This document shows, in pieces, positions 23,596 to 36,174 of a stretch of 64,000 nucleotides of DNA (positions within the stretch are counted from its first letter, which is position 1; each line of letters opens with the position of its first letter). The notes under the pieces are model-generated. The model was not told the origin of the DNA, made no database searches, and saw only the letters and a list, made by a program, of their open reading frames with translations. The position numbers and the translations under genes were made by a program. The stretch is from Penicillus capitatus (Eukaryota; Plantae; Chlorophyta): positions 291,101 to 355,100 of the forward strand of contig OZ287696.1 in assembly GCA_965649825.1 (NCBI GenBank), given 5' to 3'.

Positions 23596-25218
23596 ATGTT
23601 TAGTATCAAGGTGGAGGTGAACGAACAATCAAGAGAAGGAGCTTATTGCAGTACGGACGGCGACGGCGAAACCGACGCCGAAGAAATGGACCGTCTGCGT
23701 GAAACTGTCGATTTCAGTGTCGGCAATCAACGCGTCGAACATATCACTGGTGCCATACACCTTTACAAACGAACAGAATCCGATGAGGCATGTCTCTCTG
23801 CTCTCTCGTCTACGAGACTCCTTGTGTCGTCGTTGCAGGAAACGAAAGCCGTTTCGAGTCAGGTCTGTGTTCTCTCTGTGCCAGCTGACGTCGGCGTTCA
23901 GGAATTCAGCCGTCTTTGCGGACCGCACCTCAAGTCCGTCAAGGAGATGCGCTTTCTTCGGAGGGAGAACTCGAGAACGTCGACTTATATGGTCTGGATG
24001 CGATTCCACGACGAAAATTTGGCTGGCAGTTTTGTGGAAGAACACAATGGCCGTCCATTCTGCGCTTTCGAAAAGGAAGTTGTATGGAAGCTGCTGTACG
24101 TTGATCGACTCGAGTATTCGAGGGATCCTGGCCCGTCACCAGGCGAGACGGAACTCCCAACATGCCCCGTCTGTCTCGAGAGACTCGACGAGAGCGTCAG
24201 TGGGGTTGTTGTCACGGTTGGCCTTCCCTCTAACGTCTCTCCATATGAGATCCTGTCACTGTAGGTCTGCAATCACGTGTTCCACAATGAGTGTTTGATG
24301 AAATGGGGAGATACGTCGTGCCCCGTTTGTCGCTATTACATGCAAGCGCCTTCTCGGACGTCGTGCAGCAATTGCGGCGTAACGGAGGACTTGTGGATCT
24401 GTTTGATCTGTGGCCACGTCGGCTGCGGTCGGTATAAGAGCAAGCACGCGATCGATCACTGGAAAGAGACCCATCACTGCTATGCGCTGGAGGTCGAGTC
24501 GCAACGCGTATGGGATTACGTGGGCGATGGCTATGTACATCGACTGGTGCAGACAAAATCGTGCAAGGGATTGGTGGAAGTTCCATCCCCAGCCGAGTGT
24601 TCCGGATCGCGTTCTGACGGCCACTCAGGGGGAGCAAATGAGAAGGTCGATTACGATAGAGACGAAGCCATCGTGGCCAGCAAGATCGATGCCGTTGCCT
24701 TTGAGTATAATCATTTGCTGTCCGCCCAACTGGAGAGTCAGCGACTTTATTTCGAAGGCATCCTGTTGCAGAATAGAGTCGATTCGGATGCTCGAGCAGC
24801 GACGCTGCAAGAGCAAATGGACGAAGTATCGCAGGACTTAGCCAAGGCACGAGATGAGGCGAAGGAAGCCGCGAAGCAGAAGAAAGCGTCCGCCAAGAAA
24901 GCATCGGACTTCGCAGAGAAGGCTCGCAAAGTGGAGGAGGAGAAGGAATTTCTGCGACAGCTGAACGACACGCTGATTTCGAATCAGAAGCAATGGAAGG
25001 AGAAGACGGAGAAACTGGAAGCCACCATCACCGCCACTTCCGCCGCGAAGGACGCAAAGATTCTGGAATTGGAAGAACAGGTCCGCGATCTCATTGTCTT
25101 CATCGAAGCACAGAAGACAGTGGAGGGCGGCGAACTCGAAGGGGGTACCGTGGTTGCCGCGGAACCGGAGAGGCGTCGGGAGACAAGACCATCGCGGAGC
25201 AGACGGTCGAGGCGGTAA
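23596..25218 (+). CDS. BRAP: BRAP2/BRIZ-like E3 ligase (BRAP2 domain, RING, zf-UBP, coiled coil)
   Basis: ELPTCPVCLERLDES, CNHVFHNECLMKWGDTSCPVCRY, LWICLICGHVGCGRY..HA..HWKETHH, RVWDYVGDGYVHRL, and a coiled-coil tail. Confidence 0.95.
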
Positions 25219-25247
25219 AGACATGTTAAACACAATGAATGCGTCCG

Positions 25248-26897
25248 TCATATGTGCCCTCGCGCGTGCCCTTCGAGCAATTCCTCGAGCCGTGTCATCT
25301 CGGGCCACTGCGGATGACGGACGTCTCGCATGGCAGTGTACTTCGACAAGTGCCTTTTAGCTTCCTCGACGTCTCTTGCGTTCCACAATGTCACGGCTGA
25401 GTGACAGACGCACTCGAGTGAATGAACATTGAAGGATATGTGGAATGCTCACCGAGATGGAGATGCGTCTCGGCATTGTCTTCAAGTTTGAGGGCATTGC
25501 GGAAAGCTTGTTTTGCGTTTCCTGTGTCGCCGAGTGTAGACAGCGCCACGCCCAGCCATGTCCACGTCTGTGAACGCCTTTTGTCGAGAGCGGCTGCGGA
25601 TTTAAGATGAACGATGGCAAGTGAGCCGTGTCCTGCTCGCAGATGACAGCAGCCCATATTGAAATGGATTCTCCAATCGAATGGATCCAGCTCCACCGCT
25701 TGCTCCAAGCATCCAACCGCCTCGTCGTATCGCTGGAGAGAACAGCTTTTGTGCGAATGCGAATGTGGGTGATACCTCTTTCAGCATGAGGCACAGGGCG
25801 AGGTTGTTCCATACTTCAGACGATTCTGCTGATCGCATTAGATGACGATGGCTGCAACAAAAAGGATCGGATACGAGTCTGCACGTCTGATATCCTTACG
25901 CATCGAGGGCATCATCCACAGCGCCTTTCTCTTGTTTAAGGCACGAAAGTGTTGCCGCGGCTTTGTTGTCGAGTCCGACGGTCGCCTGTGCATCGGAGAG
26001 ACTGCGAAACGCCGCCTTCTCGTTTCCACTTCTGCGCAAGAAACATGCCGTGTCAAGATGGCCATACAGCGTTCACCTGAGATGTAGCAGGCCGAGCGTC
26101 GACAGCTGCTCCGACGAAGGACCGCAGAGGCGAATGCCTTCGAGAGAGATGCCGATTGCCGCCTCAATATCTCCCCTTTTCGCATGCTCTTTGCTCATGC
26201 CGACGAAAGCTGCTGTCGTCGGCTGGGCCGCAGCCGAACGTCGAAAGCAGTCCAGAGCCCTTTCCGCCTAAAAAATGCAGCAAAGGCAACGGATGTCTTA
26301 AGTGGTGCACTTTGACACCTTGTCAAGGGCGGAATAGCAACGTCCCATATTGCACAGGTCGCCACTTTCTATACATCCCTTTCGTCCAATGTCTTTATAC
26401 GCTTTCAGCGCTTCACTGTGCCGCCCGAGCAACAGAAGTGTTTGCGCTACCTGAGAGATCTTCAGCTTAACGTGGAGAAAGAAACAGAAGTGCACTTCTC
26501 TCAAACTGTCGGTATCGCTCTCAGAAATGGCCCGTGCTTCTTCGAAGCACACCAAGGATTCCTCGATATGGCCTGCACATCCATGACGTGCCGAGAATCT
26601 CATTTCTGTCTTGACCTTGTTGTCTCAGAATGCGTCCCTTGAGTCGAAGCGGGTAGACGTCGCGTTGGCGACGTCCTACTGAACGGCGAAGTGCCCCTTC
26701 GATGTGTTTCAGACATTCGTCCGCGTCCTGTCACGCCTCGCCGATATGCACTCTTCAGTGATGCGTGATCTAGGAGGCCCTACCCCCGAGACAAAGATCT
26801 GGTAAAGTTCGTGGTTGGCGAGTGTCGTCGACATGGTCAAGGGGTCATCATCACTCCGTTACGGATTAACAGTCAACAATACATGTCTTGTCTCCAT
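25248..26897 (-). CDS. BBS4: TPR protein, BBSome subunit BBS4-like
   Basis: SEVWNNLALCL, AVELDPFDWRIHFNMG and LGVALSTLGDTGNAKQAF match BBS4 TPRs as recalled. Start uncertain. Confidence 0.75.
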
Positions 26898-26925
26898 GGT
26901 CGCCTTCTGTGAGATGGCTCACGTA

Positions 26926-28433
26926 TCAAATGTACAGCAAGGCCATCTCTTGAACAGCGGCTTCCTCTGACACACCGTTTGATGTCTGATACCTCTCTTC
27001 TCTGCGCTGCATTTCTCGTTGGCGTTTTGACTCCACAATCTTACAACATTTCTTGTATGGCTTTCTGCTCCCACATGGACACGGCTTGTTGTTTGCAGGC
27101 TTTTTCTTCTCGATGATCACCGGATCTTGACGCAGTACTTTGTTCCCGCCTGCGAATCGGGAAGCTTGACACACGTGCAAGCAAAGGCAGAGCCACTTGG
27201 GAATTCCTCTTCCGTGTCAGGTGACGGAATGCATGTCTCAGATGTGGTGTCTTCTTCGCTGGCACTACAATCAAACGCCAGTGGATTGTTCTCGTCTTCG
27301 GCCAGGAAGGCAGCCTTCTCGGTGAGACAGTCGTTCTCCGTCATCCATGCAATCACACGCTCGATCACTTCATTGACATTGCCATCACACTCCTGAACAG
27401 CAGCGTCACGTAATTGGCGACTTTGGGGCAGACCCACAGAGAGGTAGGTATGAATGAGCCCGTCGTTGTGACATCCCGTTTCTTCCATGATCCGCTTCTC
27501 ATCTTTCCAACTCCAGTTTTGACTAAAGAAAACGATCGAACACGGGTTTCCCATACCAAAATGTGTAAGACGTGTTTGGCTGTGCGCTGGCACAGTTGCC
27601 ATTGAGTACAATGGGCTCCGGAGGTCCATGCGTATAGTCACGTGCTTTTCGGACACTGTTGTAGTGCTCCCCTCCGTGATACGAGATGTGAATGCGTTTC
27701 TGGCTCTGCACAGGTCACACTTTGTGATGTGACTGCTCGTTCTCCCGGTACCAACCTCTGGATGCTTGTTACATAAACACTGCAGCTTGTCGTTGTCGAT
27801 TTGGTAAATACAAATATCCACTTCAAAGCACAGAGAAGCCGCATGTACCTCGAAATCGCCAGCCCAATGACCTGTCTAATCACCAAAACCTTTCATTCCC
27901 GAAAAAGAGTGAGATCACACTTGTCGCATGTCTGAGATATAGGACTCGAATGTCTCGTTCTCCTCCAAACACGGTTCCACAAAAAGCTCAAACAATGCTC
28001 GATGCTCTTCCATAAACATCATCACTTGCTCGCGTATCATCAGGTGATCCTCGTCATGCCCCTGTGAGCATGCCATCTCACACTCGGCACCCTTCATGCG
28101 TCGTGGTAGACATAGAGTTGGTCTCCCAATGAACGAAAGAAACAGTTGCCATCTGCTGGCATGTACTTCACTCTGAGACCCATCTTGTAAAGCTCGTCTT
28201 CGATTTCGGGCCCTCTGGGTTTCTTGATGTGACCCCTCTTTCCTTTAACCCGCTCTGGGTCTTTCGTCGTCGTAGAGCCCGATGCTTTGCCTTTCGCTGC
28301 TTTGTTGGACTGAGCTCAAAGAGTGCCTTTCTAGATGATGTTTGCCAACAGAGTGGCGGACTTGTTTTCTGGAGTCTTTGCATTTGGCCTTTTTGCTGCC
28401 GTTCTTTTGCTGCCCTTTCTTTTTTAAAGTCAT
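26926..28433 (-). CDS. OTU-domain deubiquitinase (OTUD3-like) with C-terminal SEC-C motif
   Basis: PADGNCFFRSLGDQL (catalytic Cys), WAGDFEV, ISYHGGEHYNSVR (His) and NKPCPCGSRKPYKKCC (SEC-C). Confidence 0.9.
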
Positions 28434-28534
28434 GGAGACAGTGCTGCAGCTTCACTCCGTTCGAAACGTCTCATCAGCGGCGCTGCGCAGATAAGACGTC
28501 ATTCGCTGTCGTTGTCGTACACTGCCTTTCCAAT

Positions 28535-30964
28535 ATGTGGGTCTTCTTTTCGCTCGTCAGCGTCGCCCTCGTATGCGTCGTTGCTTGGCTGTAAGAACCC
28601 TCCATCATTTCAGAGGTGACAGTGGTGTGCGACAACTGCGATGACAGGCTTTATCGTTATCCGCTGAAGAATGTCGGTTTTGGCGTGCGGATGGCAGTGG
28701 GAATAGCCTGGCTGACATCTATCTCCATCATTGCCTTCATCCCTGTCGATCTCTGGGCTACTCTGCGCGACCAGAATGTAAATCAAATCTATGTCATGTG
28801 GGAAATCTCTTTCTGGTGAACTGCTCTGTCGCTGGATCTGCCATTGTGCCAACGACGCTTTCCAGGTCAACTCAGTTCTTGACATGGGTGGGAATTCCGC
28901 TGTACATGGGCTACGTCGACTCCGGAGCGTTTAGTCATCTTGGAAAGTGAGATTGGTGCTGTGAGAGTGCGAGATGGTACAGGGGGTGTTGCCACAGAAT
29001 TCTTGGCAGTATACGCGACAATCTCCTGTTCTATGGTGTTCTGTTGGGGCTCTCTATCATCGGTATCTCTCCCCCTGTGTCTATCGATCGTCTTCTCCTC
29101 AGTTTCTTGTGCTAGGTATCCTGTTTGTCATGTCAGCTGGAAATCTTTCCTTCCGCGCTCTGCCCGGAACCTGCGTTGCCTTGACAAACATGTTTGGTAA
29201 GATCAATAGAGGTGATCTTTATGATCAGTTAACATTTTTCTGTGTTCAGGACTGACAGTCGTTGTCTTTCTACTTGGATATGGATTGGTACGCCGCCTCT
29301 CGTTTTTGGACGGACCAAAGAAGACAGACATGTGTCTAGGTGTCTTTTCCTCGATCGACATGGAGACTGTCAGATCTGGAAGCCCAGCTCAAGCAAAGGC
29401 ACTACGATATGGGAAAGCTCTCCATGCGAGTGGAAGAAGCGATTGCCGAAATGGAGCGTGTGGTGCGTTTCCTCTTCCATTTGTGCCTACCACGGTCACC
29501 ATCTTCTGCTGTCATGTCAGAATCTGGTTGTCCATGCTTCAGAACGACAGATCTCACGGCGCGATCCTCTGAGACCTTTCATGGACATCGTGTGCATGGA
29601 TTTTATGAAGAGCAAGCCCAGTGGCATCGAACTGGAGAAAGGACAGAGTCTGGATGATCATATCAAACAACTGACATCCGAAGAGCTGGATTATGCTCTA
29701 GACATGCGAGGACTCACCGATCTCCGCCGAAGGGTACGAGATTCGAGCAATCGGTTCGAAGGGGTCAGGACCGAGTACACAGCGACAGTCAAACACGCAT
29801 TGCTTCTCTCGGAAGTCTGTAAAAGGCGGCGCAATCGAGACTATGTTCCTGCAGGAGACAGTCGAGCAGAACCTCTCTATTGGTATGGTCTGTGCGTGAT
29901 CAGTCCGATTCTTGGTCGAGTGGCTGCTGTTATCTTTGCACTGCTCTCTGCAGTGGTCGTGTGGTCAGAGCTCGTAATCGTGGGCCAGCGTGGGTACCTG
30001 TCACCCATTCACTTGCTCATGACATCTGCCAAGACGGAATGGTCTGTCTACTGTGTAACCGTCATTCCACTGGTCTCCATTGCCACTCGGAGACTTCACC
30101 TGACAAGGACGTGTGTATCTAGGCCTATATGTTTTTCTGTACTTATCACACGCTGTTCAATCTGGCAGCATTTAGATTCTATCATCTGATTCCTAAGGCA
30201 TCTCCTTCGTACAGCCTGCTGCTGAACGGCAGTTTAATGTGTCGCTTTGCGGCGCCTCTGGCTTACAACTTTCTCCACGTCATCCAAATCATCAAAAAAG
30301 GAGAAGGTGCGTTCGGCCTACGGATGGATGGAGAATGGCATGAGGAGTTTGTTTTTCTGTTGTGTAGACGATTCCACGGAGTTTTCAAAGGTCATGGGCG
30401 TCATGAAAGTGCTGCCTTTCTTTGGCACACATTTTAATTCTCTGCTTCCCATTCTCCTGCTGATCCACTGTTTGCTCATCTACTTGAATGTCTGGAAGAA
30501 ACTCAGCAATCAGTTTGTACCTGCTCGCTATCAGTTCTGCGAAAATGAAGCCGATGATGATCATTCCAGCAAGGGACGCCTGTTGCTGTTCAAAGAACAG
30601 GAGGCAATAGAACAAGGCAAAAAGATCGGCGAAATTCTGGGAATCACGACGCATCCTCGCGAATCTGATCTCCCGTCCTCTCTGACGCCTATCGAAACCA
30701 ATTTCTCACGGCGTACAAGTTTAGATGCCCCTTTGGCACATGTCGAAGTATCACAGCCATCCACGAACAAACAGTATAGAGACTCTTGATGCATTGCAGG
30801 AAGAGAAGCCGGACGAGAACAGCAAGACAGGAGAGAGTTCCAGTCGCCTGGACAACATCTTTTCATCGTTGACAGGAAGCAGCTCCCGTGGGTTGCTCCC
30901 TGTCGATGCCCCAGAAGCGACATCGCAGAAAAAGACAGGATGGAAACGATGGATGTCCAGATAG
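28535..30964 (+). CDS. LMBR1-domain membrane protein (LMBRD2-like)
   Basis: AWLTSISIIAFIPVDL, multiple TM helices, LLLNGSLMCRFAAPLAYNFL and F.KVMGVMKVLPFFG..FN..LP. Confidence 0.88.
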
Positions 30965-31024
30965 TACGTGTGTGCGTGTCCCTTGTATACTCCGTAAGAC
31001 AGACGGTCATGTTTAAGTATCACA

Positions 31025-32221
31025 TTACTTGTACCATCCATGGAGACACCATCTCAGTACGAAAGCGAAACAGCATGACATGTATTGAATGATGAGTACT
31101 CGAATACAAAGCCACTCTTCTGAACAGGGTCCCATCACATAAAGGATCAGATTGATCAAATTCCACTGGGGAACAGCATAGAGCCGACCGTCGGATTTCT
31201 CATAGCGTGGTAGTCGATGTCTGGGACAGTGAACGATTTGTAAGAGCTGAGGCAGCGAGTAGCAGAAATTGATGAGCTGAGGGATCAGAAAGATCAGAAG
31301 CGTTTCGCTAAAGTGCCCCAGGATCCCGGCAACGGCGATGCACATTCCGGCAAAATTGGTAAATGTGTCGCCCACAAATACTTGCGCAGGAAACCAATTA
31401 AACCCCAAAAGCGCAAAGGTCGTTGTCGCCAAAGGCAGCATCAAAAAGAGTGAGAACAAATGACCACTCTGCACCGTTGCGTTACCAGCAGCATTGCCCA
31501 CGATCTCGATCAAATTGTGAACCGAAATGCCACAGGCAATGAGAAATGTTTGACCCGCTTCTAGCCCGTTCACTCCTGCAAGGATATTAATAGCATTGGC
31601 ACAGAAAATGGTAAGCAGCACCATGTAGATCTTGTAGAGCGCCCCCAATTCCAAAAACGCACCGAGCCATGGACGCAGCGGTTTTGGGATCAGAATTCCT
31701 GTCCCTCCAGAATACGACACCAACAAAGGAAGTGCAGCAATGCCGGGAAGCGTCATCTTGACGCTCCAACGGATGTTCAGTACATCGTCAGCGAATCCAA
31801 GAAAGAGCATGAAGCAGATAGTGGCCAATGCAGCATTGTAATCCATGATCCATTCGACGAGATCACTCTCTTTTGCAAAGTACTGCGATCCTGTGGCGTC
31901 GTAAACGTGTAGATACTCAAAAAGAATGAGACAGAGAAGGTAGATGACGCCAACAGCCAGTCCCAATGCCTCCGGAACGGGTTTCTCCCCGCCCTCTGTT
32001 CCACGTTTGTTGATATCTTTTCCAAAGATCCCGGCCTTAAGGTTCAATGCAGCAACAAAAGGCACCAGCCATTGCGTGGCGAGAAATCCTAGATAGCTGA
32101 CAAGTGCACTGGCAGCGATAGAGTACTGGAGACGCCGTTCCTCGACGAACAGGAAGGCAAAGATGACGGGAAAGAAGCCGAGAAAAGCGAGCGCAAAGAG
32201 ATGGCGTTGACGAGGGAGCAT
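31025..32221 (-). CDS. DPAGT1: UDP-GlcNAc:dolichyl-phosphate GlcNAc-1-phosphotransferase, intronless
   Basis: FGKDINK, VPEALG, FLGFADDVL, FCANAINILAGVNGLEAGQ, FNWFPAQVFVGDTF, HFSETLLIFLIPQ and CPRHRLP. Confidence 0.96.
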   Translation of the reverse strand: MLPRQRHLFALAFLGFFPVIFAFLFVEERRLQYSIAASALVSYLGFLATQWLVPFVAALNLKAGIFGKDINKRGTEGGEKPVPEALGLAVGVIYLLCLILFEYLHVYDATGSQYFAKESDLVEWIMDYNAALATICFMLFLGFADDVLNIRWSVKMTLPGIAALPLLVSYSGGTGILIPKPLRPWLGAFLELGALYKIYMVLLTIFCANAINILAGVNGLEAGQTFLIACGISVHNLIEIVGNAAGNATVQSGHLFSLFLMLPLATTTFALLGFNWFPAQVFVGDTFTNFAGMCIAVAGILGHFSETLLIFLIPQLINFCYSLPQLLQIVHCPRHRLPRYEKSDGRLYAVPQWNLINLILYVMGPCSEEWLCIRVLIIQYMSCCFAFVLRWCLHGWYK

Positions 32222-32239
32222 GACGATGGTGTACCTGAA

Positions 32240-33745
32240 ATGACAGACGCGTCGGACGACGAGATTCCTGACCTCACCGAATTGGATCTCAGTCAGCATC
32301 CATTTACAACCTCTCGCCTTCCGTTCGATCCTCTCTCTATTGGCAGACCCTGAGCCATGCGAAGCTGAGGTGTCTCGAAAACCAGACGTGGAAACGGCCG
32401 CCATCGAGAGCAAGGTGGTCCCTGTGACGCTTATTACGGGTAGACGGTGTAAAAGAGTGAGATGGTGTGATGTGGACGAGCCGTGTAGGGTACTTGGGAT
32501 CCGGAAAGAGCACACTCGTTCGCTACATCTTGACAGCGGAACACGGATTTCGTATCGCCGTCATCGTAAATGAGTATGGCGATTCCTCGGGCATCGAACA
32601 GTCTGTCATCGAAGCACCGGATGTGATCACTCTTTATCGCATTCCTATCTCACACTTTCTTGCTTTAGGGCGAGAAGATGATTGCCACCGATTGGCTAGA
32701 ATTATCAAATGGCTGCCTCTGTTGCAGCGTCAAGAGCGATTTTGTCTCGGCATTGGAAGGATTGATGGGCACACGTCGCGATCGATTTGATTACATTCTG
32801 ATAGAAACGACAGGCCTCGCTAATCCAGGACCCGTCGCAGCTTCTCTCTGGACAGATACCGAACTGGAATCTGCGATTCGTTTAGATTCGATTATAACAG
32901 TCGTCGATGCCAAGAACATCACCAGACATCTGGAATTGGATATCTATCATGCACAGACGAACGAAGCACAACAGCAGTTAGCCTACGCCGATATGATTCT
33001 TCTCAACAAAGCAAGAACACCCAATCTGCTGTTTCACTCTGAGAAAGACATCCATCTGCCCAGATGGATTTGGTGTCCACAGAAGAGGCCAGCGAGATTC
33101 AACAGGTGCTTTTCTCCGTGAATGCCTCAGCCGAGGTGGTATGGACAACGCGATGTTGTCTGGATATAGCTCGGCTGCTCAATCGAAATGCCTATGGAGC
33201 AGAGTCTGTGTCGCGCACTGAGGATTTCGTTCATGACTCCTCCCCTGTCTGTTCTCCATATTACGCGAACTATCCGTTCAGTCTTCCACGTCACACCTGT
33301 AGAAAGAAACGAAATAGAAAGGGAATGCATTCGCCTGACGTCGGGACAGTTGCCCTGACAATGGAGGAACCACTTGACCGTGACATGTCGATCTTCTCGT
33401 TCTTGAAAAGCGTTTTCAGCAGAGAGTTGGTGTTTTAGATTTGAAACGTGGATCAATGATTTGCTGTGGGGAGAAAGATCCCAAGCCGAGGATGTCTTTC
33501 GCATGAAGGGGTTGTTGAATTTTGAAGGATCAATTCGCAAACATGTCCTGCAGGTATTGCATGATTATGTATACGGCAGACAGACCCTGATGTGACGGAT
33601 CCAGGCTGTGCATGAACTCTATGAAATCACTGAAGGAATGAAATGGCCAGAACAGGAGACCCGCCGAACGAAGCTCGTTCTTATTGGCCGGCGGCTCCAC
33701 TTCCAAACCCTCTTCTCATCTCTGCAAAAATGCCGAGTAGTGTAA
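32240..33745 (+). CDS. CBWD1: CobW/COBW-domain (ZNG1-like) metallochaperone GTPase
   Basis: VTLITG|YLGSGKST, IAVIVNEYG, LSNGCLCCSVK, LIETTGLANPGP, LLNK|MDL (GC-AG intron 33011-33063) and FRMKG. Confidence 0.93.
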
Positions 33746-34152
33746 GCGCCATCCTGTGACCTGACGACTCCATTCGACTCGGGATTCGCACTCGGGCGGC
33801 ACCGGAAAAGACGAAGAGGAGAGAGAATCCGCCAGGCCAATTGCTTATGCTTGATGCTAATGGGTTGCAGCAGTTCATGATCGATTTCGCCGCTGAGTAG
33901 TGTTCGTCGCCGCCTTCTGTAAGGTGTTCCATCAGTTCTGTCTAGAATGGTTTGTATCCGCCAATCGCGACGATGAAACGAAGCCGCACATGCTTTGGCC
34001 GTTCGAAGGGGCCCACTACGGTTAGAAGAAGCCGCGGCCGTACTGCGCGCTATTGGTAGCTGCTTTCCTACGAAGTCTCTTAAGAGTTTTGATCGTCTTC
34101 GCCGTGTTATTGCCGCTTTGTATTTTGCTCGCCGAAAGACTAGACCGCGAAC

Positions 34153-35151
34153 ATGGTGTCTTTTAAAGCACTCGCGCTTCTTTGCCTTGTCTACATTTCT
34201 TTCGCCACTGCAGCAAATGGTTTTGACATCCTTACGGCTAGACGCGCCGTGCTACAGTCGCCCACCACGTCAACAACAACAATGGCAACAGGAGGAACGG
34301 CCACGGTATCTGCATCTGGACAAGCGACTGGAGGCAGAGGCAGTGTCGCGACGCAAGTTATCGTAAGACAAGGCCCTTCAACGCCTTCCGATCCTTTAAG
34401 AGATGAACTCGTCGATACAGTGGCGGAAGCCATAGACGATGTTGAAAATGGCCAGTCGGCCAAAACCGTCGCAGAAGAGATGGCCGTGGCTTACGCCATA
34501 AGCGTGTCAGAGACTCAAGCGGATGTTATTGTCGAACAGTTGAAAGAGGGAGACAAATGTTCGGACGGTTTTGAAGATCCCGTCAAAACGGCGACGCCAT
34601 TTGCTCGCACCCTGGTCGAGGTTCTCGCCAATGCCTCGACATTTATTGCTTTTGAAGACACAGATGCAGCGATTGCGAAAATTGCAGAGGTCACTGGTGC
34701 GGTCTTTGCCGACACAGAGGCCCTGGCATGCGAGATTGGAGATGATGTGACAGCTCTTGCTGAATCGCTGACAGCCGGATTAACAGAGCCTTATGAGGAA
34801 GTCATGAGATTCGCTTTCATCGCTGTTGCTGGCGAGAGAGAGGATGACGTCATTGCGTTCTCCGTCTCGTCCAATGCCCTCGATGGGAGCTTCATTGACT
34901 TGGCGATGGCACCCGGTTCAATGGAAGAAGCCGAAGATTTTGTGGAAATCCTTCCTGCCTTGGAAGAGTCCTTCCCGCCATGCGGTTCGCGATTCAGAGG
35001 TTGTTGCTTTGCTGAACGCAACAAATGTCGCTGCGGTGGAAGTTGTGAAGCGATTCCTTACGAATTTGATAATTCGGCCTTCTTTGGATATGAGGTGACT
35101 GTGTCTTCGACGCTGGGTCCTTCGGAAGGAGAGATCTGTCTCTGCTCCTGA
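34153..35151 (+). CDS. Secreted acidic Ala/Glu/Asp-rich protein with Cys-rich C-terminal module, intronless
   Basis: MVSFKALALLCLVYISFATAA signal peptide, a Thr-rich linker, and C-terminal PPCG..GCC..KCRCG..C..ICLCS*. Confidence 0.75.
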   Translation: MVSFKALALLCLVYISFATAANGFDILTARRAVLQSPTTSTTTMATGGTATVSASGQATGGRGSVATQVIVRQGPSTPSDPLRDELVDTVAEAIDDVENGQSAKTVAEEMAVAYAISVSETQADVIVEQLKEGDKCSDGFEDPVKTATPFARTLVEVLANASTFIAFEDTDAAIAKIAEVTGAVFADTEALACEIGDDVTALAESLTAGLTEPYEEVMRFAFIAVAGEREDDVIAFSVSSNALDGSFIDLAMAPGSMEEAEDFVEILPALEESFPPCGSRFRGCCFAERNKCRCGGSCEAIPYEFDNSAFFGYEVTVSSTLGPSEGEICLCS

Positions 35152-36092
35152 AGAGCCTGTGCTTATTCTTTGCATCATCCGGGTCTACGAGATAGATCAT
35201 CACACAAACGCATCGGTATAAACGCATGCATAGACGATGTTACGTCTACAAAAGATGAGATGGGTTAAAGCTCTCGTGCTCTTGCTTTGGAAGTTCACAT
35301 AAAATTCAAGTGACAAAAATTGTGTGTTCTGTAAACATCAGCTTGATGGTTTCGAAATGAATGGGACTCGAGACGCCGATCGAGAAACATCGTTTGTCGG
35401 AGAAGCGGGCATGACTTCATTTTGCGATGCTGTGTGTCGATGGCGGCTGCTTTGTGCGAAAGTACAAGAGAATGATTCTGAGGCAATCATCGATACTCTC
35501 ACTCTTCGAACTACGAAACATCACCACCACCTTCAGCAATTGGAGATGCGGTATTGACCAACAGTCTATGGTATAAGCAAAAGTGCTCTCTTCTCTGTCA
35601 TTCTCTTCTTTTAAGATGCCGAACTTGAGAATGAAATAGCGCGTAGATAAAGGTACAATCGCATTTCAGGGTTACAGAGAGACAGAGTCTACGAGCCTGT
35701 TAGTGATGGATCCTATGCTATTTGACAGTATCTACATTGCCTTATGTTCTCTTGCTATAGCTTTGGAAGCCTCCTAGAAATGGTCTCCTGTATATCGACA
35801 GTATTCATGTCGCAGTTGTGTGCCCCAATCGTCGATCAACACATGTTCACAAACTGCTTAAAAGTTCAACGACTCTTACGACCATCAGATTGTAATTGAC
35901 ATGTGCCAATTGGAATAGCACGGGATCCTTCAACATTTGATAAGGCAATATTCAGGGAAACATGGGACAACGCACAAGGAAGAGTATTCAAGCTATCGAA
36001 CACACAGACGGCAAAAATGAGCAGGGTAAGAAATGATCTGACAAGGGAAAACGATCATGAATGTTGGAATTGTATGACAGGCATGGAATCAG

Positions 36093-36174
36093 AAGCCAAA
36101 TCGATCAGCTTCTTCTGCTGTTATACGCGCATTAAGCCAAATCGATCAGCTTCTTCTGCTGTTATACGCGCATT
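36093..36174. repeat. Perfect 41-bp tandem duplication spanning the ZNFX1-A stop codon
   Basis: aagccaaatcgatcagcttcttctgctgttatacgcgcatt at 36093-36133 and 36134-36174. Confidence 0.97.

Noticed and set aside
35324-35557. Short ORF in the long intergenic gap
   Set aside because: No recognisable motif or splice support.
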